Shown here: piece by piece, positions 19,290-29,602 of the stretch
How the letters are laid out: each line of letters opens with the position of its first letter
Numbering within the stretch: the first letter of the stretch is position 1
Source: an uncultured Candidatus Saccharibacteria bacterium
Lineage (GTDB): Bacteria; Patescibacteriota; Minisyncoccia; Phycocordibacterales; UBA2100
DNA length: 64,000 bases
Assembly: GCA_964589005.1 (NCBI GenBank)
Contig: CAZPQI010000001.1
Location: 67,675-131,674, forward strand
Reading direction: 5' to 3'
Made by a program: the position numbers and the translations under genes
The notes under the pieces: generated by a model
Seen by the model: only the letters and a program-made list of their open reading frames with translations
Told to the model about the DNA's origin: nothing
Databases searched by the model: none

Positions 19290-20453
19290 TTACCGATTTC
19301 CTTTTGCGCGATTGTGTGTTTTACACAACATCTGGCAATTTTTTAGTGAAGTTGCACCACCCTTGCTCCATGCGGCTACGTGATCAGCGTCCATATCACT
19401 CAAGCTCCATACCTTATCCTTGTTAACATCGTGTCCAATAGCACAATGCTGGCAATTTGATTTCCCTTTGGTTTTGGCTGTCTTTGTTTGCGAGGCATAG
19501 ACAGATTTTTTTGTGGCTTCATCAAAAACTCGAACATCAAGAAGTTTTGTATCTTTTTCACCACCTAAAATATATTCAAATACTCCCCTATGATTTCTAA
19601 CATAAGGGTCTGCATATAATTTGTGAACTGTATCAGATAATTTTTTTGGGTTATATCCTTTCTTATGATGTTCTTCATAGAGCCTTCCCCACTCCAAACC
19701 TTTCATTTCACTTTCTATATCGATAAAAGTTTTAGAAACCCAATCAATTACACTACTAAAGTACGTTTCTAATTCACTGATATTAGCATCTTGTCTATGT
19801 TTACTCATATAATCTCCAACTTTTCCACGACTTACCCAATCAAGTGCTTTTGCCAAAAAATCTTGTCTATTAACACTACCCTTGATGTACGCACCCCATT
19901 TCAGAACATTAGAATTTCGTGAATTACTAAACTCTTCTTTTGCAAGTGTTACAAATGGTCCAGAATATATCGCATTGAGAAGTTCTTGTTCGTTTAATGG
20001 CACTCCTGCAATATTAATTGTCTTAAACCACTCTTTTATTTCACTTTCCTTTCCCATGCATTCATAAATTGTTAATTTAGTTTGCATTATTTCTTCTTGT
20101 TTGTCTTTTGAAATACCACTGAAATATTGCTCCATGCCGTTTTCATCTTTAACGGCAAATTTATTAGTTACATATCGTCCAAAGCTAGTGATTCTTTGTT
20201 GTCCATCCAAGACCTCCAAATTATCTTTTCCAACTTTATTGAAATAAATCAAACCTATTGGATAACCTTTCAGAATTGACTCAATTACAGCCACATCTTT
20301 TTTCCCATCAGCATAAATATAATTCCTTTGATACTCTGGCTGAATTTTTAATTTCCCATTTATCCCGAAAAGTCCTTTTCCCTCTAACTCATTATAAACA
20401 AATCCTTCGCAAATCTCTTTTACAGTGTATGTTGTTTTTAGTATTGTTTTCAT
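19290..20453 (-). CDS. DUF262 (GmrS/ParB-like) + C-terminal HNH endonuclease
   Basis: PEYQRNY, LDGQQR, F..IN..G..L; C-terminal DADHV.AWSKGG.T...[10 protein letters not shown]. Confidence 0.9.
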   Translation of the reverse strand: MKTILKTTYTVKEICEGFVYNELEGKGLFGINGKLKIQPEYQRNYIYADGKKDVAVIESILKGYPIGLIYFNKVGKDNLEVLDGQQRITSFGRYVTNKFAVKDENGMEQYFSGISKDKQEEIMQTKLTIYECMGKESEIKEWFKTINIAGVPLNEQELLNAIYSGPFVTLAKEEFSNSRNSNVLKWGAYIKGSVNRQDFLAKALDWVSRGKVGDYMSKHRQDANISELETYFSSVIDWVSKTFIDIESEMKGLEWGRLYEEHHKKGYNPKKLSDTVHKLYADPYVRNHRGVFEYILGGEKDTKLLDVRVFDEATKKSVYASQTKTAKTKGKSNCQHCAIGHDVNKDKVWSLSDMDADHVAAWSKGGATSLKNCQMLCKTHNRAKGNR

Positions 20454-20454
20454 T

Positions 20455-21618
20455 TTATTTTTTGTGTTTGATTATAATTCTTGAGTATGGAACAACAGCT
20501 TTATCACCAACCATAATATAAAATCTCCATACAGAAGAATGACCTGGAAGAGACTTGTCTATTTCTTTTGGTATAGGAGTTATTCCCAATTTTTTTCCTA
20601 ATGCCCCAATTCCAATTCCAATTATTTCAAATTGTTCTGGGCAATATTTATCCATAAATGATACTGGCACACCCATTTCTCCCTTATAATCATTTGGAAT
20701 CGCTCTTACCATTGGGATATCAATCGCGTCATAATTAGCATATTTTGGATAATAATCTACTTCATACTTCTTTTTTAAATTATTTAATAGAGTAGTATTA
20801 AATTTAAGATTGTCTTTTTCAGACATTAACTGCAGGGGATGGTGCCTAACTCCATGGTCAATATTTGTATACCACCTTATACCATTTACTCTCCAATAAA
20901 ATTTACCATCTTTTATATATGCATTCTTTTCGTCAGACATTTTTTGTGAATCATATAGTTCTTTTGGAGCAATAAAATATGCTGCTCCCCCATTAAAGTA
21001 TGTAGCACCAAGCCACATAATATTATCTTTAATTAAAGGAAAGATTTCTTTATTCGCAATTGTGTTCAAATTCCCTATAATTACAAATTTTTTATTTGCT
21101 TCCAGTATCCAAGCTAAAAACTCTCTAAATAAACTAAATGGAGGATTTGTAATAATTATATCTGCTTCATCTCTTATCTTTTTTACTTCGCTGCTTCTGA
21201 AGTCTCCATCCCCTTTCATGTATTTCCAGTCTAAATCATCTATATCTATCTTATTATCTCCTGTTTTATCTTTTGTAAGAGTAAAAATCTTCCCTTTTAT
21301 TCTGGTTTTCTTTTTGTCAAACCTTGAACTTTTTTCTTCAAAAAGTGTTGTTTCGTATCCCTCCTTATATTTTTTACTTTCTACAGCATAACTTGTAGAA
21401 ACCAATTTTTTTAATTTAAATTTCTCAAAATTCTGTGCAAAGTATTTAGTGAAGTCGCTCCATTCAGGGTCATCGCAAGGTAAGAGAATAACTTTATCTT
21501 TAAAGACATTGGGGTTATATTCAAGATAAGCATTGATCTCTTTTTCAATGTCTTTATATTGTGTATAAAACTCATCGTTTTTTGCATTCTTCGCATCTGC
21601 CAAATTACTTTGTGCCAT
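20455..21618 (-). CDS. Adenine-specific DNA methyltransferase, EcoRI-family-like
   Basis: [36 protein letters not shown]. Confidence 0.9.
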   Translation of the reverse strand: MAQSNLADAKNAKNDEFYTQYKDIEKEINAYLEYNPNVFKDKVILLPCDDPEWSDFTKYFAQNFEKFKLKKLVSTSYAVESKKYKEGYETTLFEEKSSRFDKKKTRIKGKIFTLTKDKTGDNKIDIDDLDWKYMKGDGDFRSSEVKKIRDEADIIITNPPFSLFREFLAWILEANKKFVIIGNLNTIANKEIFPLIKDNIMWLGATYFNGGAAYFIAPKELYDSQKMSDEKNAYIKDGKFYWRVNGIRWYTNIDHGVRHHPLQLMSEKDNLKFNTTLLNNLKKKYEVDYYPKYANYDAIDIPMVRAIPNDYKGEMGVPVSFMDKYCPEQFEIIGIGIGALGKKLGITPIPKEIDKSLPGHSSVWRFYIMVGDKAVVPYSRIIIKHKK

Positions 21619-21688
21619 AATGATTTCAAAACAATCGGGACTAAACCGATTTTATTATTACCAATACTACTCTTTTTGTACAAAAAAG

Positions 21689-22123
21689 CTAAGTTTTGCT
21701 TGAAAAATGCCGTGCAATGAGTTCATGTAAATGCTCCGGATTCTTTACCAAATCAACCAACACTAAACTCTCGGAGACTCCGTTGCGTTCGAGTTCATCT
21801 ACTTCACCCTGTGACGGATCATTATCGAACCAGACGAAGGGTTTTGAAAAGTCGATAGCTTCGGTTTTGTTTTCGCTCCACGTTGTTGGTTTGTATGCGA
21901 GAACATACTGAAAAAGTTCAGACGGGAATATTTTTTGCAGGTGTCGTTGAGCGTTAGTCTCGTCTCCGTGGCGACAGTGTGTAGTAAGCCAATACACATT
22001 GTGGAGCGAGAGAGCTTCCAGAAATTCTTCCAAATGCGCAGCTGGTTTATTGTAATTCGCCAAATCCTCGTGGATTATTGTTCCGTCTATATCTAGGTAG
22101 ATATTTGTTTCTTTGTTTAACAC
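21689..22123 (-). CDS. HAD-superfamily hydrolase-like protein
   Basis: YLDIDGT, WLTT, K...I, WFDND motifs. Confidence 0.7.
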   Translation of the reverse strand: MLNKETNIYLDIDGTIIHEDLANYNKPAAHLEEFLEALSLHNVYWLTTHCRHGDETNAQRHLQKIFPSELFQYVLAYKPTTWSENKTEAIDFSKPFVWFDNDPSQGEVDELERNGVSESLVLVDLVKNPEHLHELIARHFSSKT

Positions 22124-22162
22124 ACCTTCATTCTAACAGTTAATATTTGCTACACTGGGCAC

Positions 22163-22408
22163 GTGAGAAACAACATGACAATACGAGCGCACGATGAAAA
22201 CATCTTCGCCGAAGGAGGTGGACATTATGTGAGAACTATACCAACACGTGGCCCGAGAGCTCCCTACATTGGATTTATAAAAACAACGCTTGGCGAGGCA
22301 GAGGTTGAGTACGACAACAAGGTGGTTTTTGAAGTGTTGGTGAGTGGCGATGAAATTACCGAGGAAGAGTACAATGATGCTGAAGTAACAGTCTTTAATG
22401 ATATATGA
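22163..22408 (+). CDS. Hypothetical acidic protein
   Basis: ORF overlapping the next start (ATGA). Confidence 0.55.
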   Translation: MRNNMTIRAHDENIFAEGGGHYVRTIPTRGPRAPYIGFIKTTLGEAEVEYDNKVVFEVLVSGDEITEEEYNDAEVTVFNDI

Positions 22409-23889
22409 CCAAAATAAACCTTACAAAAACGGATTTTAAGGAGTACCTACTCTGTAATAAGTGCTTGTGGTTGAAGAAGAAAAAACCAGATGAGTATATA
22501 GATGGGGAATTTTCGCAATTCCTTAAAAAACTGATAAAAGATGGTTACGAAGTTGAAAGGTACGCTCAGGGGTTGTTTCCTGGTGGGGTTTTTGTTTCCG
22601 GGGATAAAGAAACACTAATTAAAAAAACAAAGGAGCTACTAAAGGGCACAAAACCAATTTTCCAAGCGACATTTGAAACTATTGAGGGTCTTTTTGCAAA
22701 AATTGATATTCTCAATTTTAATGAGGAAACTAAAAAGTGGGATTTGTATGAAGTTAAAGCGAGCTCGGACATAAAAACTGATATCCAACACAATCACGTA
22801 AAAGACCTTATATTCCAAACTATTTTGCTAGAAAACGCGGGAGTAGACTTGGGTGAGAGTTACATAATTCACCTCAACAAAGAATACAGGCGTAATGGTG
22901 AAGTAGATATTCATGAGCTTCTTACTACTGAAAACCTAAAAGAGGAAGTGGGCGAGCAAAAAGAAGAAGTGCGAGACGAAATGAACCAAGCGTTAAAACT
23001 ATTGGCAAAAGACGAAATTGCGCTTGATAGTTGCGACTGTTTATATAAAAGCAGTGGTCAACACTGCGACTGTTTTGCAAAGTTTAATCCGCAAGTGCCT
23101 GAATACTCAGTGCACAATATTTTAATGGGTAAGAAGCTTAAAGCTTTGGTGGATGACGGAATTGTAGACATTACAAAAATCCCAGAAAACTTTGAACTTA
23201 CTGATATTCAACAGCAAAAAGTAGATTTACAAAAAGACGAACAGCCGATTATTAATCGCGAAGCAGTGGACGAAGCACTCTCGGGGCTGGTGTATCCAAT
23301 ATACTTTTTCGACTACGAAACGTACCCCTCGCCCATTCCTCCGCTTGATGCGTACAAACCAAACCAACACTTTGTATTTCAGGTTTCTATTCATGCCTTG
23401 CATGAAGACGGAGAACTAGAGCACTTTGAATTTTTAGCAGAAGAAATGGAAGGCTCGACAGAAGCGTTGGTGAATATGATGCGCGATAGTATTGGTGACA
23501 CTGGCAGTATTGTGGTTTGGAACGATGTGTTTGAGAAAGGTAGAAATATAGAACTCGCGGAGCTACACCCAGAAGAAAAGGACTTCCTGCTTGGGTTGAA
23601 CGAAAGAACGTTTGATTTAATGAAAGTATTTAAACGCGACTATACTCGCCCAGATTTTTACGGAAGCGCCTCTATTAAAGCTGTATTACCCGCTATGGTG
23701 CCCGAACTCTCGTACAAAGATTTGGAAGTACAGAATGGAACAATGGCAATGAGTGAGTGGAAAAAGATTATCGATGGTGAACTGGGCCTAAAGAGCGCAC
23801 AAAAGGCTCGTAAAGACTTACTCGACTATTGCGGGTTAGATACGTTCGCAATGGTAGAGATATATAAGAAGATTAAGGAAGAGTCGTAA
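22405..23889 (+). CDS. DUF2779-type protein (PD-(D/E)XK-like + RNase H-like nuclease)
   Basis: C.KCLWL, DIL..YEVKAS, FFDYET, SIKAVLP, LLDYCGLDT. Confidence 0.8.
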   Translation: MTKINLTKTDFKEYLLCNKCLWLKKKKPDEYIDGEFSQFLKKLIKDGYEVERYAQGLFPGGVFVSGDKETLIKKTKELLKGTKPIFQATFETIEGLFAKIDILNFNEETKKWDLYEVKASSDIKTDIQHNHVKDLIFQTILLENAGVDLGESYIIHLNKEYRRNGEVDIHELLTTENLKEEVGEQKEEVRDEMNQALKLLAKDEIALDSCDCLYKSSGQHCDCFAKFNPQVPEYSVHNILMGKKLKALVDDGIVDITKIPENFELTDIQQQKVDLQKDEQPIINREAVDEALSGLVYPIYFFDYETYPSPIPPLDAYKPNQHFVFQVSIHALHEDGELEHFEFLAEEMEGSTEALVNMMRDSIGDTGSIVVWNDVFEKGRNIELAELHPEEKDFLLGLNERTFDLMKVFKRDYTRPDFYGSASIKAVLPAMVPELSYKDLEVQNGTMAMSEWKKIIDGELGLKSAQKARKDLLDYCGLDTFAMVEIYKKIKEES

Positions 23890-23934
23890 ACGTATCGAAG
23901 TTGTTGTTTTAATTTCATAATATATTGCAAGGAT

Positions 23935-24333
23935 ATGAAGAAGAGAAAATCATTACCTAAAAAGCTTCAACTCGAAATATATAATCGAGATTACTGGACT
24001 TGCCAGTATTGTGGAGATCCTGTGTTTTATGTTCAAACCTTGAAACTATTAGAAAAACTCAGTCCAGACTGCGGATACTATCACCCTAATGGTAAATCAG
24101 AGAAAATGCTAAAGCTGTTTTTTAATAAATGGGCTAGTATTGACCACGTAAAACCATTTACAAAATACGGTGAAGACTCACTTGAAAATCTCGTAACAGC
24201 TTGTTGGGAATGCAATCTTAGAATGGGCAACAAAGATGATAAGCAAGGCAAAAGAAAGCCCAGAAAGATCAAAAAGCATCAAAAAACTAAATCTTGGGAT
24301 GGTCTTTACTCCCTTTATGAGAAGCTAAGATAA
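23935..24333 (+). CDS. HNH endonuclease
   Basis: RD.WTCQYCG, IDHVKP...G.D...NLVTACWECN. Confidence 0.9.
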   Translation: MKKRKSLPKKLQLEIYNRDYWTCQYCGDPVFYVQTLKLLEKLSPDCGYYHPNGKSEKMLKLFFNKWASIDHVKPFTKYGEDSLENLVTACWECNLRMGNKDDKQGKRKPRKIKKHQKTKSWDGLYSLYEKLR

Positions 24334-24383
24334 AATGAAGAATCTTAGACTCAAAGTGCTATACTAAACGAACAATTGAATAA

Positions 24384-24485
24384 ATTATCAAGAAAGATGT
24401 GAAGGGACTAGCCTTATGACCATCTTAGCAACCTGTCTCTTCGTCCAGATAAGGTGCTCCATCTAGCCTGTATAGGAAAGATAAC
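24384..24485 (+). ncRNA. SAM-I (S-box) riboswitch
   Basis: TTATCAAGA..GAAGGGACTAGCC..GCAACC..GGTGC..GAAAGATAA, directly upstream of metK. Confidence 0.85.
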
Positions 24486-24539
24486 AATGCATCAGCATCT
24501 TACCCTTCACAGGAAAGATGTTTTTTAGTGTTAAAAGAT

Positions 24540-25478
24540 ATGAAGAAAACAGCAGAATTCGTAAGTCCAAAGCATCCAGATAAAATATGCGACTATATAG
24601 CGGATATTATATTAGATGCTTACTTGGGTGATGATAAAGATAGCAGAGTGGCCATCGAGGTTATGGGTGGCCACAATCTTGTTACCGTAAACGGAGAAGT
24701 AACGAGCAAGACAACCATAGATATTGAGGGGCTTATAAAAAACATAGTAGGCTCAGATTACAAAGTGATATCTAATGTCGTAGCACAAAGTAGCGAAATA
24801 GCGCGCGGTGTAGACACTGGAGGTGCAGGTGACCAAGGAATAATGAAGGGTTACGCAACAAGCGAGACAGAAAGCCTAATGCCATTAGAGTACGAACTTG
24901 CTCGAAACTTATGTATGAAAATTTTTGAGGTTTATCCTTATGACGGCAAGACTCAAATTACAATCGATGGAGAAAAAGTTACGTCGGTAATTGCTAGTTT
25001 TCAAAATTCTAAAAGTGATGAGCTGTTATCATTAGTAAAAAGTATTATTCAGTCCGAAGAGTACTTCATAAACCAATCAGGAGAGTGGTCGCAAGGTGGA
25101 TTTGATGCAGATACTGGGCTCTCGGGACGAAAACTTATTGTAGATAATTATGGCCCTGAAGTGACCATAGGAGGTGGCTCCTTTTCTGGAAAAGATTACA
25201 CAAAAGTGGACCGCTCGGGAGCATATATGGCTCGAAAAATATCTGTTGACTACCTAAAGAAGCGCTCAGCCAAGGAAGTACATACGAAGTTAGCATATGC
25301 GATAGGAAAACCTGAACCAGTTATGGCAACTGCTATTATAGACGGAAAAGAAATTCCAATAGAGGGGTACAATTTAACACCTGCTGGGATAAGGAAATTA
25401 CTGAAACTAGATAAGCTAAAGTTGTCGACAACCTCTAACTGGGGCCATTTTGGTAGAGGTTTTGAATGGGACGTTTAG
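24540..25478 (+). CDS. metK: S-adenosylmethionine synthetase (short form)
   Basis: HPDKICD, GAGDQG, DTGLSGRK, GGGSFSGKD.TKVDRSG. Confidence 0.95.
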   Translation: MKKTAEFVSPKHPDKICDYIADIILDAYLGDDKDSRVAIEVMGGHNLVTVNGEVTSKTTIDIEGLIKNIVGSDYKVISNVVAQSSEIARGVDTGGAGDQGIMKGYATSETESLMPLEYELARNLCMKIFEVYPYDGKTQITIDGEKVTSVIASFQNSKSDELLSLVKSIIQSEEYFINQSGEWSQGGFDADTGLSGRKLIVDNYGPEVTIGGGSFSGKDYTKVDRSGAYMARKISVDYLKKRSAKEVHTKLAYAIGKPEPVMATAIIDGKEIPIEGYNLTPAGIRKLLKLDKLKLSTTSNWGHFGRGFEWDV

Positions 25479-25615
25479 TAAATAACTCCATACGCAAGCC
25501 AAAGCGCGCTTTTAGCAACCTCCAATAAATTGTTCTGAGTGCATTTTTTAGTTGGAGCAAATAAAATTGGCCACGTGTGATATATTAATCTTATCAATAA
25601 TGAAAATATAAAAAT

Positions 25616-26095
25616 ATGGAATTCTCAAAAGAAATCACTATAAATGCACCGGCTGAGAAAGTTTGGGATATTCTCGCACATCAATTTGCCGATGTTGGTA
25701 GTTGGGCACGCTCAATTTCAGAATCATCAGTAAATCGCGATGCACAAAACGTTGGTAACTCCCCTGTCGGTGGTCGCGTATGTTCGACCAGTATTGGTCA
25801 CATCTCTGAAGAATTTATTGATTACGACGAAGAGGGTATGACATTTAGCTTCAAAGGTGTTATCACCTCAAAAATGTTTACGAGTGTAATTAGCACAAAC
25901 CTTGTTACGGCTATAGACGATAACACGTCGAAGGTCACCGTAACTCCGAGCATCAACCTAACGCCTTTGGGGATGTTAATGTATCCGCTGATTAAAATGA
26001 ATCTCAGTAAAACAATAAACGAAGTTTTACTAGACTTAAAATACTTTGCCGAAAACGACAAGCCTTCGCCCGAAAAAAACGCTACACAAAAATAA
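25616..26095 (+). CDS. SRPBCC/polyketide cyclase family protein
   Basis: ITINAPAEKVW N-terminus; C-terminal helix LDLKYFAE. Confidence 0.85.
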   Translation: MEFSKEITINAPAEKVWDILAHQFADVGSWARSISESSVNRDAQNVGNSPVGGRVCSTSIGHISEEFIDYDEEGMTFSFKGVITSKMFTSVISTNLVTAIDDNTSKVTVTPSINLTPLGMLMYPLIKMNLSKTINEVLLDLKYFAENDKPSPEKNATQK

Positions 26096-26166
26096 TAACA
26101 AACTAACACTATAGATGTGGAACATATGTTACTTGACACAAGTTTATCTTAAGATAAACTTGTGTC

Positions 26167-26436
26167 ATGAATGCAAACTTAACAAAAAAAAATACCGTGG
26201 GTCTTAAAGAACTGCGCGAGAACATCGAAACATACATTAAACGTGTGAGTAAAGGCGAAGTACTCACTGTTTTTAGACGCTCTACTCCCCTTTTCAAAAT
26301 ATCCCCAGTCGACGCGGAAGAAACTGGCTGGGAAACCATAGTAGATTTCACCAAAAAAACAGGACACGGCGTCCCTGTTGAAGAACTACTAGCCTCAATG
26401 AAAAAGATGCATGGACAAAAATCAAAAGTTTCTTAA
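26167..26436 (+). CDS. Phd/YefM-like antitoxin
   Basis: VGLKELREN..V.KGE..TV.RRS.P; overlaps a RelE-type gene. Confidence 0.75.
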   Translation: MNANLTKKNTVGLKELRENIETYIKRVSKGEVLTVFRRSTPLFKISPVDAEETGWETIVDFTKKTGHGVPVEELLASMKKMHGQKSKVS

Positions 26437-26653
26437 ACGACTCAGTACTAAAGAATTCTCATCTGTAGAAAAAGCCCTGCATAAAATTAATGTTGGTGAT
26501 ACTAAAAATCTTGATATAAAAAAGTTAACAGGATACCAAGACGTATATAGAGTACGAATTAAAACAATTCGAATTATTTTTCTCATCAACGAAAATCGCA
26601 TTGACGTGCTTGAGATTAGTAGACGAAATGAGAAAACGTATAAAAAATTCTGA
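26411..26653 (+). CDS. RelE/ParE family toxin
   Basis: DIKKLTG..DVYRVRI..IRIIF...RR.E.TY. Confidence 0.85.
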   Translation: MDKNQKFLKRLSTKEFSSVEKALHKINVGDTKNLDIKKLTGYQDVYRVRIKTIRIIFLINENRIDVLEISRRNEKTYKKF

Positions 26654-26704
26654 TATCGTCCTAATTCCATAAGGACAAAATTTCTTACTTATGCTATATT
26701 TTTC

Positions 26705-26929
26705 ATGTTAGTAATAAATACAAAAAATATGAAAACTCTTAAATGTGATTTATGTGAAGTAACAGCAGACGGCGAGACATTCGAAGAATGGATGAAAGCA
26801 CTTCATCCTCACTATATGGAGGCTCACGCTGATATGATGAAAGGAATGGAGGGAATGAGCGAAGAAGATAAGAAGGAACATATGAAAAAGTGGATGGATG
26901 AAAACAAAGCACGGTTTGACGCTGAATAA
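26705..26929 (+). CDS. Small putative metal-binding protein (DUF1059-like)
   Basis: CDLC..GETFEEW...HY..AH. Confidence 0.55.
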   Translation: MLVINTKNMKTLKCDLCEVTADGETFEEWMKALHPHYMEAHADMMKGMEGMSEEDKKEHMKKWMDENKARFDAE

Positions 26930-27090
26930 CGCGAGACTGTCACAATAGTAAAAAGCACCGAGCTCGGTGCTTTTTACTTTGCTAAATGGCAACTATATAC
27001 TGTGTAGAAATTGTTTATGAGTATCTGAATACTTGTGCATATATTTGAACATTGCTAAAATATAATAATTAAAATTAACTAGAAAATCGT

Positions 27091-27948
27091 ATGAGTAATA
27101 CAAATACATGGGTTACTGGAATTGTTCTTTTAGTAATTGGATTTTTTGTAGGATCCTACGGATTAGGTATAGGAAGCTCAGCAAAGAATGTAGCTGTAGC
27201 ATCAGAAATGTCTGCAAGTGCTGATGGGTTAGCTTTATGGCAGTTCCCTGACAAACGGGCGCTCGATCCAGAAATATTCGGGACTCCACAAAATCCACTA
27301 AATAGTGACTTGCTTCCATTGAGCAAACGGGACGTAAACACAGCTGGAACAGCATATACAACAATAAAACAGCCAGCCATGTTTTCAAATAAAACAAAGC
27401 AAACTACCGGCTCGATAACTATTTCTGTTTCAGATTTGACAGCAAAAGATGGACCGAATTCAAAAGATTCTGCAGAAGTGGAAGCTAACTTTAAGGGACC
27501 AAATGGCGAGAAATTTAGAGTAGTTCTTAATAAACTCATATCAAAAGGTGGAGAACACCAGATGTTTGGTGGAGTAGGCACAAACGTGCTTATGCATGGT
27601 GCAACGGGTATTGGGACTCCCCTTGTTGCTGAAGAGTTCTCATACATTACCCTCTGGGGTACTGGAGACTTCTACAAAGACGGAGAACTTGTAGATGAAA
27701 ACCGAATAATTCATATTATGGTCAGTGAGCGCACACGAGATGCTGATTTCAAAGTTGGATTTGGTGTAGCGCAACCTGACAAACTGGAAATTCACTTAGC
27801 AATGCCTCCAAAGAAGGGAACGCCATCAGGACCAGTTGACAGTCCATTGCCAACGGGAGTTATTTTACCTAACGGAGTCGAACAGCCCTTCATACACACA
27901 AACTTCTATGGAAACATAGAATTGAATGGCAACCAATTTGTGCAGTAG
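27091..27948 (+). CDS. Secreted/membrane-anchored hypothetical protein
   Basis: N-terminal hydrophobic anchor; His-rich motifs (MHGATGIGTP, HIMV, EIHL, FIH). Confidence 0.65.
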   Translation: MSNTNTWVTGIVLLVIGFFVGSYGLGIGSSAKNVAVASEMSASADGLALWQFPDKRALDPEIFGTPQNPLNSDLLPLSKRDVNTAGTAYTTIKQPAMFSNKTKQTTGSITISVSDLTAKDGPNSKDSAEVEANFKGPNGEKFRVVLNKLISKGGEHQMFGGVGTNVLMHGATGIGTPLVAEEFSYITLWGTGDFYKDGELVDENRIIHIMVSERTRDADFKVGFGVAQPDKLEIHLAMPPKKGTPSGPVDSPLPTGVILPNGVEQPFIHTNFYGNIELNGNQFVQ

Positions 27949-28107
27949 AAATAGCGGAAACACATTCATTTAAAAACATCCTTACACAAGGATGTTTTTA
28001 ATTCAGTACAAAGGTGTGCAAAATTACTGCTACTGCTTGCGTATATGCCTAAAAACGTTAGGATAACGTATCGAACATTGAAAACTGATTAGTTAAAACT
28101 CATATTT

Positions 28108-28251
28108 ATGGCAAAACGAGCAACAGGTATTGAAAAAGGTAAAAAATCCCATTCACGAAAAACAAAAAAACGTCTTGACGTAAAGCACGCAATGCTTGAG
28201 AAAAAAGCAGAAAAAAATAAGTATAAGAACAAAAATAAGGGAAAAAGATAG
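28108..28251 (+). CDS. Small Lys-rich protein (47 aa)
   Basis: MAKRATGIEKGKKIHSRKTKKRL...; followed by a strong hairpin at about 28261-28302. Confidence 0.55.
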   Translation: MAKRATGIEKGKKSHSRKTKKRLDVKHAMLEKKAEKNKYKNKNKGKR

Positions 28252-28504
28252 ATTTTTACCTCAAGCAAAAAGGAGCTCGCGTCGCGAGCTCCTTTTTGCT
28301 TGACATATGCACCCTAATGCTATTTAATACCTCTTAATCAAGTAGCTCCTATAGAGGAAAACCAAGTCGAGTTTGATTTTTTGGGTTGTTTACTGTGACT
28401 AGCTAGGAGAATCGCGAAAGCTTGCTTTCACGATATCCGAGTTACGGCACAATATGGAACGAATTCCATATTTGAAGTATTATAAATTTTTTGTTCAAAG
28501 AAAA

Positions 28505-28705
28505 ATGACACAAGGAACTATCGCTCGCATCATGGATAAAGGCTACGGCTTTATCAAGGTTGAAGGGCAAGAAAAGGACCTTTTCTTTCACTCTAACGAA
28601 CTTCAAAACGCTTCGTTTGACGACCTACAAGAGGGAGACAACGTAGAGTTCGAAGTTACAGAGGGAGAAAAAGGACCACAAGCTGTGAACGTTAGCAAAG
28701 TCTAA
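28505..28705 (+). CDS. cspA: Cold-shock protein (CspA family)
   Basis: KGYGFI (RNP1), DLFFH (RNP2), KGPQA.NV. Confidence 0.95.
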   Translation: MTQGTIARIMDKGYGFIKVEGQEKDLFFHSNELQNASFDDLQEGDNVEFEVTEGEKGPQAVNVSKV

Positions 28706-28708
28706 CTA

Positions 28709-28868
28709 GAGCATATTTGAAAACTTCATTCCGGCTCTGTTTTCACGTATTTCCCCCGACTACTCGTAAGAAAATTTTTGAAATATCTCGATATTCCTCT
28801 AACTTTCTTGCTTCGTATCGAACGAAATACGATAAAACATCCTCGAAAGCAAGTTTTCAAACAAGCTC
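28709..28868. mobile_element. MITE-like element (160 bp) with 18-bp imperfect TIRs
   Basis: GAGCATATTTGAAAACTT vs reverse complement of the right end GAGCTTGTTTGAAAACTT (16/18). Confidence 0.6.
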
Positions 28869-29566
28869 TCACAACAAAAACCCCGCGGGCTAGCCCGCGG
28901 GGTTTTTGTTTTTCTACTCCGAAGATCCACACTAGTACACACGTGCAAATACTTTATACTGTTGAGGTGAAATCTTTTTTCCAGGAGCTACTAAGTACAC
29001 GGAGAGGAAAATTTTGGGCACTATTCTTTATTTTGGTACTCCTTTCACTGTTTTTCCAAATAGTACATTTTGGTGAACATATAATCCAAACTGTAGCTTG
29101 GATTTTTGGATACCGTGGCGCTCCATACGTTACAACTACTGGCCATTACTTGATTCAAACATTGGGTACCATAGCAGCTCCTACAGCTGATGCGGCTCGT
29201 CAATTTCTTATGGGAAACGAAATCTTGCACCTCATCGGAAACGCAATCTATGCCTTTGGAACCGTGGGATTACTCTTTTTTATTCGTATCAAAGTTGCTA
29301 TAACAGCTGCACTTATAGAAGTGTTTCATCTCTACGAACATATTTCTCTAACCCTTTCTGCCGCAATAATGAGCTCTCCTATTGGTATGAGCACTCTTTG
29401 GGGGCTAACTATGGATCCAGCAATTTCAGTAACCATTCGCGTATGGTGGCATTTCTCCATGAATGCTATTCCAACATTCTTATCGATACTCGCTCTTTAC
29501 TTTGTGTATAAATCAGTGAAGCTCAAAAATAAAAAGCGTAAAGACTCTGCGATTGAAACTCTATAA
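28778..29566 (+). CDS. Membrane protein with conserved His motifs (real start probably near 28967)
   Basis: HFGEH, EILHLIGN, FHLYEH, WWHF in TM helices; the N-terminal part of the ORF overlaps the MITE and terminator. Confidence 0.6.
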   Translation: MKYLDIPLTFLLRIERNTIKHPRKQVFKQALTTKTPRASPRGFCFSTPKIHTSTHVQILYTVEVKSFFQELLSTRRGKFWALFFILVLLSLFFQIVHFGEHIIQTVAWIFGYRGAPYVTTTGHYLIQTLGTIAAPTADAARQFLMGNEILHLIGNAIYAFGTVGLLFFIRIKVAITAALIEVFHLYEHISLTLSAAIMSSPIGMSTLWGLTMDPAISVTIRVWWHFSMNAIPTFLSILALYFVYKSVKLKNKKRKDSAIETL

Positions 29567-29602
29567 TAGCGATGCGAAAACAAGTCTTCGCGCCGTATTT
29601 TT

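Noticed and set aside
17103-27948. Prophage
   Set aside because: No integrase, terminase, capsid or tail genes are recognisable.
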